64,000 bases of DNA from a virus. Taxonomy: Duplodnaviria > Caudoviricetes. Shown one piece after another: positions 48,484 through 59,900 of the stretch (position 1 is its first letter; every line of letters begins with the position of its first letter). The notes below the pieces were generated by a model. That model did no database searches and was not told the DNA's origin. It saw nothing but the letters and a program-made list of their open reading frames with translations. The stretch lies in IMG/VR virus record IMGVR_UViG_3300037722_001090, one strand, 5' to 3'. A program made the position numbers and the translations under genes.

Positions 48484-51400
48484 ATGGCAAACAATCCATA
48501 CTATGAAGAAAATAGCGGCTTTGGTAGTGTATTAAAAGGTGCATCTTTTGCTGGCGCAGCTGGTGCATCTTATATGGCATATAAGAACCCTGAAGCTACT
48601 ACCCGTGTATTTAATCGTGTAGTTAATTCTGTTGCACCACTAAAAGCACCTGAGCTTAATCCATATCAAAGCAACATAGTTAGTGCTAGAGAGGCAATCT
48701 TCAGTACTATGGAAGCCAGAAATATACGTAGAGTAGCTTTAGATAAAGATATGCAAGCAAGAGCTTTACAGACAATCGGTAATGTAAATAACTGGGGTAC
48801 TGTAAGTGCTGTAGGTGCTGGTATAAAAGGTGGCAAATCTGATTCATTTAAAAGCCTAACTGATATTCTAGACATAGAAGGTAATGAAATAGGGACAAAA
48901 ATACATAACGCACTAGAGAAGAGATTTAATTCTAAAATCGATGCTCCTAAATTTAGTGGAACAAGAGGAACCTGGAAGATAGCAGGAGAAGATTTGTCTA
49001 TTGATTTCTCTAAAAAAGGACTAGATTCAGGACTAGGAAATTCATGGTTCAAGCGCGTTGGAGAGTCTTATTATGCTTCACCTTATCAGTCTAAAATGGC
49101 TAATCGTGGCGGAGGGAAGCTTGGATATGATGTAATGAGTCCAAATGAATTTGTATTAAATGTGCTACAAGAAGAAAATGCTGGGAGTGGAAGACTGGCA
49201 TATGTAGAGAGTCCTACTAAGTTTAGGAACGCATATGAAAAGGTAATAGGAGAGAAAGTTACTGGACTAAGTGGACATGACGATGCTGTTAAGTATGCTG
49301 TTCAGCAAGTACGTAAAGAAATAGAGTTAGGATCTAATGCTAGTGTTAGCAATGTAAGAACTATGCAAAAGGCTTTAAAGAAAGTATTTAATACAGATAC
49401 TATGTTTGTAGAAACTGACCCAGTAAAGCTTGGCTTATTTGGCAGTGAAGTTCGCGTAGAAGAATATTCTAGATATATACTTGGTAATACAGAACCTGAA
49501 TTTAAAGGTGTAGGTTCAAACCGCGTAGGCAGAAACATGAATAGTCTTACAGGAGGAAGCGTAAACATAGAAGGTAATGCACTTAAAGTAGCATATAATA
49601 TTCCTCATGATGCAAGAACTGATAGTTCTTTAATTAGGATTGTTAATGGTAGTGGCGCTACGTTGAAAAGTAAAAATGCTACATTTATGCAAAAAATGAT
49701 GTCTCTGTTTGGTGGATATAGGCTTGGACAAGATCCTTCATCTGAATTTGCATGGGCTGTTAGACCTACTGTTCTTCCTGTTATTGCGGAAGGAGATAAG
49801 TCTATGAAGGGTGCTTTATGGGCAGATGATAATACCGTTATTAGAAAAAATGGCACTCAGGGTATTTCTATGGGAAAGGAATATTTCAGAGGAACAGGAA
49901 CAAAAAGAATTGAAGCACACAGACTTGAAACATTAAGGCATATGTCTTTTATTGACGACACTAAGATTACTGAAGCTGCTGCTTCAAGCTCAGATTATGT
50001 AAAGGGTAAAATATATTCTCAGCAAAATAAAGGCATTTATAATATGACAATGGCTCTTAACCCGTTTTCTGAAGAGTCTATTCAAGTAAGTTCAGGTATG
50101 AGTAAGCATATGAAAGTTCTTATTCCAAAAACAGCTACTGTGGACACAATTGCACTTAAAGGAGAAGAATCGTATAGGAGGTCGCTACTTACACTAATGG
50201 ATGCAAACGGTGTATTAGATAAGGAATCATTTACTATAAAAGAAATAATGGAAAGTAAAGCTTTATCAGAAAGAGTTAGTACTGGTCAATCCAAAATTAA
50301 GATAGGAAGAGGGACATATCTAGGCAGAAAGAACATAGGTATGGAAATATCTAATGCTGAAGACTTTTACTCTACATTTGAAAGAGACGGAGAGATTATT
50401 AAAGCAAAAGTAGATATGTATATAGACAGTACAGACTTTAATCAAATGGTCGAATCAAATCAAAGAATGATGGGTGAAGGACATAAGCATGCAGGAGGAG
50501 TTAAATATATAGCTAAGGCCATGGATGACCCTGCTAAAGTTGCACTTACTGGTATAAGAGCCCGTGGAGCTTATGCAGTTGGCGATGACGGATTACTTAA
50601 TAGTTTATATGCAAGTGCAGGACTAGGTAATAAGCAAGAAGCTACTATTTCTCTTGGTATGTTTAAAAAAACATTCCCTAAGATTTCTAATAACAGCCTT
50701 CTTCTTGGTAAAGATTCACCTGAACTATTACACTTTACACAATCTGCACTTGGATGGCAATCCTTACAAAGTAGCATGGATATAACATTAAGTAAAAATG
50801 CCGCTGATCATTTTGTCGGTAAATACGTAAATGATGCATCAAAAGTATTAGGCAATCAAGATTATTATACTGGAAGAGGTGCATCTAAAAAGTTTAGCTT
50901 TAGTAAGGCTATGCGAGATGGAGCAATATCTTTTACTCAAAGAACAGAATCAGATGCTGCATTTGCACAGCAATATCAAGACACTGTACAGGTGCTTGGT
51001 ACTGCGCGAAGAGAATGGGGTAATAATCGTAAAGTTGCACACATAGAAAGCTTCTCTACGACTAATGCTAAAGATGCTGCTAAAGTTATAGATAATCAAA
51101 TTGAAGCAATAGACAATATGGGCAAGCTTGCAAAAGGTGAATATGCTGTAAGGCTATTTAATAAACAGGTAGATGCAAAAGAGCTTGGAGAACAAGCCTT
51201 AGTTAGGACAAGAGTATCACAAGGTAGTAGTGCTGGTCTTGGATCGACAAAAGCACTCACAATGGGTATTCTTGGAGGACTTCAACCTCAGGAACAAAAC
51301 TGGCTAGCTCTTGGTGGTGAATTTAATAAGATGCGTATTTCATGGAGAGATATGTATCACTTTACAGACAAGGCAGATATACTAAGAGATATTTCAGTTA

Positions 51401-53973
51401 GAAGCTTAACAGATGCAGATACTAGCGCAACTATGATTAAGCTAATGAGTGACTCTGCTGTAGGGCATAATGTTACTTCTGCTGTTAATGCATTTGAGAA
51501 GAAATATGGTAAAATTCCAAAACTAAAAAAGACAGAAGAGATTTTGGAAATGATAGGTGGTGATGCCGCTATGGTTCCAGGTGCTATTAGAGATCCTGAA
51601 TTCTTAGCAACAAAAAGCTTCTTAGGTAATAAAAAGAATGAGTTCGGTTTTATGGTCGAAATGGGTGAGCGTAATGTTTATATTCCAGGTAGAGATGTTT
51701 GGAAAGGATATGCAACTGATGAGGGGATGGCTACATTTGATTCTTTATTTGCAGAAACTCATAACTTACTTTTGAATAAAGCTCTAGGATCGAACATACA
51801 TCAAGATAGAGATGAGTACCAAAATTGGGTTAAAAGAATAATCAATGAAACAGGAAGCTCAAAAGAAGGACTACAAAGAACAATTTCATTATCTATTGAC
51901 CATGCAGTTGCTGCAAAACATATAGAAGATCCATCGTTTATTCATAATAAAATTATGATTGGTGCTATGGAGAGCTGGAAAGGTAATGCAGACAAGAAGT
52001 TAATTCCTGGATATGTAGCAAAAGCAGAAGCTCTAGAAAATACATTTGGTAATATAGCTAAAATCGGAGAAAAAGATTTTAGTTCAAGTATTAAACAGCT
52101 TATAACTGACACTAAGACAATAGCTAGTAGCCCTGGAAGCAGACAGACAATGCAAGAGGTTCTTACCTCACAATATGGTGAAGATCATTTTCTACAAAAG
52201 TATGCAAATAGGATGAGTGCAAACATGGACAAGGAAGGTGTAGCCAGTCTTGTTAAGGATATTACAACGGATCATGTTGCTAGTAGTAAGCTACTTATGA
52301 GCAAAATAAAAGAATATGCATCAACAGGGAATGAGTCTTTATTTGGAGAGATAGACACGCTTGTAGGAGGTGCACATAAGATTTTTGCCGTTAGACATCC
52401 TACACTTTATACTGGATCTTATTCAGGATTAATAGCTCTTATTGATAGTCAAATTGAAGGAACACAAAAAATAGCAATAGCACACAGAGCTAGTAAAAAT
52501 ATGGCGTCGGACTGGGACGGAGATACAATTAACTATGTTGACCTTAGATCTAAACTGGGAAGACAAAAAGCATTGAATCTTATTAATACGGATCAGAAAA
52601 TTGCATATGGTGTAATGAGTTCTAAAGTGCAAGACAGAATGACTGGAATTTTAACTGGCAAAGGAACTAATGCTCCATCCGAGGCCCTTGCTTTTTTTAA
52701 CTCACTAGACTCCCCTGCAGCACTAAATACAGTAGCTAAAAATATTTTACATGATGCTCCTGGCTCAACAGCTATTTCATCGTATTTTACTAAAGCAATG
52801 ACCGGTCAATTTAATATCTCTGCAATGGAAACAAAAAACTATATAAGAGATTTATCTGATAGTAAAAACTTATCACAAGAGCATATGAAAGAGCTAGGTC
52901 ACTACTTTGGAGTAATGGCATCTAAGAACTCTGAGCAGGAAGTAATCTCAGCTAAGCATGCAGAGACATGGCTTAAGAATATGAACAAAAGTGAAAGTAA
53001 GATGAACTATCTTACTAATTTAATAGGCGCTCAATCTGGACAAGAACAAATAGCGGAGTCTATTAGAGAGCTTGGATCAGTACATCCTATTGCTCAGATG
53101 GCAGCAATGAACGCCAAAGGTAAAGATAATGAGAAGTTTGCTGGTATGGTTTCTGACTTTATGGATTTTAAGGTAGGATGGAAACAGCTTGAGCAGCCAA
53201 GATTCGAAACTATGTGGGAAGGACTAGGTCTTGAAAAATCTCATGGAGTTAATACCTCAGCAGCTTGGGACATGTACGACTCTTGGTTAAAAGAAGGTGA
53301 ACATATTTTTGGTAATAAAATGGAATCTTCTGTTGCCGCTGGTATATCAGAACTCAGCTATTTAGAAGTTACTAAGCAGGCAATGTTTGATAAGAGATCT
53401 TCTGCAAGTGAAAGTATAGAGGCCATGTTTAGCCGTGCATTAGAGTTTATGAAAATGAGCGATAATGATAGGGCTGGAGATGCTGCAATGGGCGTATTAG
53501 ATAAGCTCGGATATAGGAAAACAGCACTACAGATGCTCACTTTACATGAGCAACAATCAAATATGGCACAAGCAACTCGCAAGATAGCTGGCTTTGATAC
53601 AGTATCTAAAGCAGCACAGTGGATGGTAGAAAAACCTGTTAGATTAGCTGGAGCTGTAGGTATTGGCTTATTAGGCATGACTGCAATTAACCTACTAAGC
53701 GGAGATGGTGGCCTTGAAGATCCAAATGATTTACCTAGTGTTAGTAATCCGGCATTTACAGGCGGTGGTGGAAATGGTATGATGAATACACATGGAGTCC
53801 AGCCACACGTAGGCGTAAACGCTAATGTAAACTTATTAACAGACAGTAACGATAATCCACAAAGTGCACTTAGTTACATTTCTAATATGTTTGGCTATAG
53901 TCAGGGCAGCGTTGTATCTGTTATGCATGATGGTGAAAACCCATACAAAAAAGATATGATGTATTATAATTGA
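48484..53973 (+). CDS. Putative virion-packaged RNA polymerase (double-psi-beta-barrel), 1829 aa
   Basis: VRHPTL (R1304) lies 39 aa before SDWDGD (D1343; nt 52510); hydrophobic Gly/Ala helices at both termini; embedded in the tail module. Confidence 0.75.
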   Translation: MANNPYYEENSGFGSVLKGASFAGAAGASYMAYKNPEATTRVFNRVVNSVAPLKAPELNPYQSNIVSAREAIFSTMEARNIRRVALDKDMQARALQTIGNVNNWGTVSAVGAGIKGGKSDSFKSLTDILDIEGNEIGTKIHNALEKRFNSKIDAPKFSGTRGTWKIAGEDLSIDFSKKGLDSGLGNSWFKRVGESYYASPYQSKMANRGGGKLGYDVMSPNEFVLNVLQEENAGSGRLAYVESPTKFRNAYEKVIGEKVTGLSGHDDAVKYAVQQVRKEIELGSNASVSNVRTMQKALKKVFNTDTMFVETDPVKLGLFGSEVRVEEYSRYILGNTEPEFKGVGSNRVGRNMNSLTGGSVNIEGNALKVAYNIPHDARTDSSLIRIVNGSGATLKSKNATFMQKMMSLFGGYRLGQDPSSEFAWAVRPTVLPVIAEGDKSMKGALWADDNTVIRKNGTQGISMGKEYFRGTGTKRIEAHRLETLRHMSFIDDTKITEAAASSSDYVKGKIYSQQNKGIYNMTMALNPFSEESIQVSSGMSKHMKVLIPKTATVDTIALKGEESYRRSLLTLMDANGVLDKESFTIKEIMESKALSERVSTGQSKIKIGRGTYLGRKNIGMEISNAEDFYSTFERDGEIIKAKVDMYIDSTDFNQMVESNQRMMGEGHKHAGGVKYIAKAMDDPAKVALTGIRARGAYAVGDDGLLNSLYASAGLGNKQEATISLGMFKKTFPKISNNSLLLGKDSPELLHFTQSALGWQSLQSSMDITLSKNAADHFVGKYVNDASKVLGNQDYYTGRGASKKFSFSKAMRDGAISFTQRTESDAAFAQQYQDTVQVLGTARREWGNNRKVAHIESFSTTNAKDAAKVIDNQIEAIDNMGKLAKGEYAVRLFNKQVDAKELGEQALVRTRVSQGSSAGLGSTKALTMGILGGLQPQEQNWLALGGEFNKMRISWRDMYHFTDKADILRDISVRSLTDADTSATMIKLMSDSAVGHNVTSAVNAFEKKYGKIPKLKKTEEILEMIGGDAAMVPGAIRDPEFLATKSFLGNKKNEFGFMVEMGERNVYIPGRDVWKGYATDEGMATFDSLFAETHNLLLNKALGSNIHQDRDEYQNWVKRIINETGSSKEGLQRTISLSIDHAVAAKHIEDPSFIHNKIMIGAMESWKGNADKKLIPGYVAKAEALENTFGNIAKIGEKDFSSSIKQLITDTKTIASSPGSRQTMQEVLTSQYGEDHFLQKYANRMSANMDKEGVASLVKDITTDHVASSKLLMSKIKEYASTGNESLFGEIDTLVGGAHKIFAVRHPTLYTGSYSGLIALIDSQIEGTQKIAIAHRASKNMASDWDGDTINYVDLRSKLGRQKALNLINTDQKIAYGVMSSKVQDRMTGILTGKGTNAPSEALAFFNSLDSPAALNTVAKNILHDAPGSTAISSYFTKAMTGQFNISAMETKNYIRDLSDSKNLSQEHMKELGHYFGVMASKNSEQEVISAKHAETWLKNMNKSESKMNYLTNLIGAQSGQEQIAESIRELGSVHPIAQMAAMNAKGKDNEKFAGMVSDFMDFKVGWKQLEQPRFETMWEGLGLEKSHGVNTSAAWDMYDSWLKEGEHIFGNKMESSVAAGISELSYLEVTKQAMFDKRSSASESIEAMFSRALEFMKMSDNDRAGDAAMGVLDKLGYRKTALQMLTLHEQQSNMAQATRKIAGFDTVSKAAQWMVEKPVRLAGAVGIGLLGMTAINLLSGDGGLEDPNDLPSVSNPAFTGGGGNGMMNTHGVQPHVGVNANVNLLTDSNDNPQSALSYISNMFGYSQGSVVSVMHDGENPYKKDMMYYN

Positions 53974-53980
53974 GGTAGAT

Positions 53981-56900
53981 ATGGCAATTTCTAATAAAGA
54001 GTTTATTGATGTGCTTAAAGCAGAAGGCTTATGGCCACCACAGGCAAATGCTGAAGCAGCATATGGAGCAGTTGAGTTTCCAGTAGGAAAACTTAAAATT
54101 GATGGAGATGCCTCTTTTACATCTATTTATGTAATGGACGGAGATACCATTGAGTTACATAAGCCCGGATATGTATTTAGTACAACAGGAGATCATGGCA
54201 CAGTACCCGCCGAAGGCATGGATGGCATGGCAACCTCTCTTCGTTATTATGGCTTAGATACAAAAGAGACAGCAAAAGAGGGCACAGGTAAAGCTGCAGA
54301 GCCATATGCTAATTGGCAAACTAGGGCAAACTTAGCCTTATTTAAATATGCAGAAAGAACAGGTAAAAATGTTGATGTTACTGGATACAATCAAGATGCT
54401 TACAAGAGAACAGTTGCTGCAATAAATATTGATGGTACGGATGTAGCTGATCTCTTTGTACGAAATGGTATATCTGCCGCAGGTACCGCCGCAGAAGCAG
54501 GCTTTGTACCTGAAGGGGGGATAACTGTTCGCTCACTGCAAGAATCAATGAATGAGGCAGCAACTAAAGGCTGGGGTCTATGGAATAAAAATCAAATTTA
54601 TGATGTCTTAAGAGATGTAAATAAAGAGACTGAATATCTTGATGGTTATATTAATGATCGATTTGGTAAAGCTAAAAGCATGACAGACGATACTGTTAAG
54701 CTTGGAGACGTATATCTTGATATACCTCCTACACACATAAGTATTAATCAGTTAAGAACATCATATTCTACACCACAATTTGGTGGCGAATCAAAGCCAA
54801 CATCTACAAGTACAGCGCGAACAACTATAAAGCTAAACCTTATTTTTAATGGTGAAGACTCAGTAAACGATGATTTTAAAAGAATCTATTGGCAGTTTAT
54901 CTATTGTCCAATTAACTTACTGTATTCAAAAGATATATACGAGAAGGTTGTTTCAGATAATCCTTATATAGCTAGGATGAATACTGCCACAATTAACACT
55001 GAAGAATCGTCTTCTTCTAAGTCATCTTCGTATTTTATCCCTGTAACTATGGATAGTTGGACCGTATATACTATTGAGGGTCATCCAGGGTCTATTGGAT
55101 GTACAATACAGCTATCTATCTTTAACTATTCTGCATACTTTGAAGGTGCAGGTAATGGCGTTGAATACTATACATATAGTGATAATCCAGGAAAGCATGG
55201 TAATGCAGTTAGATACACTAAGCACCTAGAAGAAGCTATTCACCCATATAACCAATATATCATGAAGCACCTCGGTAATAGCATTCAGCACTTTGATGCA
55301 TCAGATAGTCGCACTCTTATTTTTAAGGTTGAAGATAATAAATCTAGATTTGAAGGTAAACAAGAAGATATTAATGAGGATGTTTCAGATTTATCTGAAT
55401 ATCTAAAAGTTATACTTGAATCAGAAGTTGATGAATTAATGGTTAATGGTTCTGTAACTTTTCATAATAACTTTGCATGGTTACCAATTATAGGATATAC
55501 GCAACCAACAGCACAGTATATTGGTCCTGGTGAAACCAATATGTCACTAAGTATTAGAACTAAAAACAATAAAACCATATCAGGACTATTAGCAACATTT
55601 GGTGAAATGGTTCTTGATAGAACTAAACATACATACTATGATGATAGATACTTAGTGTCCAACTCGCTGTCTAGGCTATGTAAGGCTTCTGTTTGTTCAC
55701 TACGTAATATCTCAATTACAAACGTAGATCATCACCCAGGATGGTCCGATATTAATATTCAGCTCTCTAAGTCTTCCTATGCAGATCATCAGGATGAAGT
55801 AAACCCAGCTGCAGAATTTGATGAATATTTTGGACTACAAAGGTTGATTAAAGCTGCAAATGTAGATGAGGTTATGGAGGCTCTTGAAAGAGAACTTAAA
55901 CTAGCTGACATGACAGATATATCTCTTCCTGCAGAAGATGATTTGCTAGGACAAATGTGTATACTCTCTGGTATAATAAATGCACATTCATACATTAGTG
56001 ATGAAGCATACCTTGGGTACAATGAAATACTTTCTAATATACGTGCTTTTAAAGCAACTATTAATGATAAAGACATGAAAGAGCTTGGATTTTCTAAGCC
56101 TCTTATGGGAGACATAAAAAGTCTAGAGGTAAAAGGTACGGACATAATTGATCGTATGTTCATTCAGTCTCTACCTATATCTGTAAAATCTGACCCTAAA
56201 CAAATGAAAGCAATAGTTGATTTCGAAACATACTATAATGCTAAGAAAAAAGCAGGTGTTGTTAATGAATTTGATTCTTTTGAAAGCGCACTTAGAGGAG
56301 ATAATTCTAAAGAGGGTTTTGAATTAAGAGCAGAGATGATAGATAGGTATTTACCTCTTGATGAAATGATAGATATGACAGGTACTAAAAATAAAATAGT
56401 AGATGTAAATAAACACCTATTTAATGCCTGGGAAGAGTATTGGGGAGATAGACATACAGTAAGGTCGCTAAGCAGTGTATATATAAAAGATTTATTAGCT
56501 AGTGGTGTGGACACATCAGTATATGATGAAGAAATGGAAAATATAGTATATAGGATACTTAGATCCATATCTAATGAAGGCATGATGTTAAGTTACCAGA
56601 AGGCTTGGAATCCGCTAGCTCTTTCAATGGCTCGTGGTCATGCAATTGTTTTTAAGTTTACTGGTACAATATTAGAAGCACAAATAATTAAAGCAGCCCT
56701 TAGGGTTGGAGATGAGACATCATCTATAATTGGAGAGGCAGCTAGTTTTGGTACGCATGGATCTAAAGCAAGAAAGTTTTTTAGTTTACAAAACAATGTT
56801 AAATATCCATCTATTTCAGTAAAGTTAACTTGTCATAATAAGGATGTTGCATATAGTGAATATAGCACTAGTATGTCAGAGGCATCAAAAGAGGCATCAT

Positions 56901-59900
56901 GGTCTTTAGCTACTGCGTTTAGAGCTAAAAAAAGTAATGATGCTATATCTAGCTTTACGGGTAATGATAAGATTAACCAATCAGAAGTAAGTAAAGAGCT
57001 AGCTCTTTTGCGCGAGGATATGGAAGATGTTGCTTTTAGCAGAATACCTATGCCTCATGCAGCACATAGATACTTTCCTTTTATAGATCAGTATATTAAA
57101 CATAGCGAGCTTTTCTCTGCAAGCATGGGTGATTGGTTTAGAAATACAGCAGAAGACGATCCTTATTCATTTTTTGAAGAAGTAAGCGAAACTGTTGAAA
57201 ATTCAGTATCACCGCTCATGAACAATAAGGGGTGGACATCAACTTATCTTCAAAAAAGATATGGAAATACATATATAAACAAAATCAATGAAGATATTAA
57301 TGACCCATCTAAAATAATGGAAGCACTTTCTTTACCTGTATCATCGAAGGATTCAAGCGATAGAAATAAAGATGGATCACTTGCAAGACTTAAAGACGGT
57401 AAGATGGATACATCTATGCCTAAATTTAGTAAAGATATGGTAACAGACTTGCTTGGTAACTATAAGTATGATGAAGACATTGACAATAAGCCATATAGTG
57501 GAACTGTTCATTCAGGAGTATTTATTGCAGGATTCTATGATGGTGCAAAAGATGGTAAGAGAGCAAAAGATTTTAGACAAAATACATATGATACACATTC
57601 TATATGGCTTGATAGTGACGGTGCAATAAGCGGTCTTTATAATAAGCTAAATAGAAATCAATTAGTACCAAACGGAAACATGTTAGTAGAGGCTTCAGAA
57701 GCTCGCGAAACTAATGTTGCCTCAACATTAATTAATGGTGTAGGAAGAAGTTTAGCTGGTCCAATAGATACATCAGTTAAGTATGCTGGTGTATTTAAAT
57801 CAACATCACTTATAATGGCGCTTAATAAAAATCCTAAGATGTTCATGATAGAAACAGATAGGATACCTCCAGCACAATTTGCTCTTGGTCCAGATAGTGG
57901 ACTTAATATTGTTCAGGCTGATGAAAAAATATTGACTATGTTTGTTAGAGCTATTACATCTATACATAAAGGTGGCAGTGCTACAGATTATAAGAATATT
58001 GGATGGTCAGATCGTGCATCTAGACATTATGCTAAGGTTTTAGTTGCAGAAATTAAAACTAAATTAAGAGCAAGTGGATATTCAGACAGTTGTATTTACT
58101 ATGCTAAGCAATCAGAAGTTTCTGCTTTTGTAGCACAGAAAGAAGCTATATCATATGAGGAAGGTGCACCAGAAGAAATCTTTATGAGGGCACTAAGATT
58201 AAGAGCTGACAGTAATTTGCCTGTAGCTGACTTTGTTGATGATCATACAAAAAATATAGTTGCAAGACAATCTATGGCTTCATTAATGTCAACTACATGT
58301 TTAGAGAATGCTTTCCCTACTTATAAGCTATACATTATTGAAGAAGATACATCTGACATTAGGTATTTTTCACTAGACGATTATTATGATCTAAGAACAG
58401 CACAAGACTTAATGATTATAAAATCAAAAGATAATCCAGTACATATTCTAAAAGGTAGAATAATAGTAGATCCAAGATACATAACTGTTACAGATAAGGT
58501 AAAACAAAAAGTATCAAAATACAATGAAGATAGTGAACATGAACTAAATGAGCCATCATTACAGTTTATTGATACTAGGCTTGAAAACTACTTCAATAAA
58601 GGTTTTACACCTTTAAGAGAAGGTATGCGAGTTTGCGTTAAGCTTGGATATCATACTGATCCAAGAATGCTTGATACAATATTTATTGGTACTATTACTG
58701 GATTAAAAGGTAACATGACTTCTGGTGTATATGAACTTGAAGCAAAAGGTGATGGAAGAGAATTATTATCTCCTCCTAGTCCAGAGCTAAGGCCTAACGT
58801 AAGTGGTAAGAACTTTGCAGAGGTAATATCAAAGATACTTAGAACTAATCCAAGTATTATTCACTTTGGTAAAACATATGGATCTTTCATTGAAAAATTC
58901 TCTAGAGATCACTATACATTACTTGCAATAGCTAAGAATGGACTTCTGCAAGGAAGCTCAATGGCAGGTGGTGGACTAATGGGCACAATTGCAGTATCAT
59001 TGTCAATGGCATCTCCACAGAGAGCTATGTATAAGGTTGGAGCTAGAGTAATTGCTGGAATAGTAGGTATAGGTGCTGGTGGACTTATGGCTCAACTATA
59101 CAGCCCAGTACCATATAGTTTAATACAGAAAAGTAGAGATAAGTTTAAGCACGAAGCATTAGCGCAGTATAGTGGACATATATTCAAAGGGCTTTGGTTT
59201 TCAGAGGAGTTTAAAGCTGCAAACTTTTCACAAGCAAAAAAATGGATTCAAGGACATACATTCGATCCAGCAAAAGCGGCAAGAGAGGTTGCAGAGATAT
59301 CTTACAATACACTTAAGTATGGTAATGATCCTATTGATGACAATATATTAGCAGTTGATATTTGGCAAACAGGAATGACTCCATGGAAAACATTCAATAT
59401 GCCTGTTAATGGAGCAAGAACCGTATGGGACATTCTTGTAGATATAAAAAGAATGTATCCTAACTTTGCACTAGACATTAGGCCATATGGCAATAGATCA
59501 ACATTATTTATGGGGCCTTATGAGTCTGAAATGTGGAGAACAGATGACCCTCTACAGGCAATGGCTCCACAGTTATATCAAATGAGCAACGGAGCACCTT
59601 GGGCAGATGGACAGGCTTACGCTGAGCATACTAAGGCTGCTATTGAAAATATGGTTACTAGAGATCAGTTTCATAATGCTACTCCAAATACACGTAATAT
59701 AGCGCCTAGAGAGCCATTCCAAAGAACACACTTAGTGTCTTCCTTTAGCGATATAATTATGAATGGAGTTAGATCTACACCATATAGGGGATGGAACGAT
59801 GTAATAGTTTCTTACTCTAAAGATCCAGATGATGATGATTCGCCTCCAATTGTAAATCAAGTTGTTAATGCACAGCTAGATCCTAAAGCTAAAAGGACAA

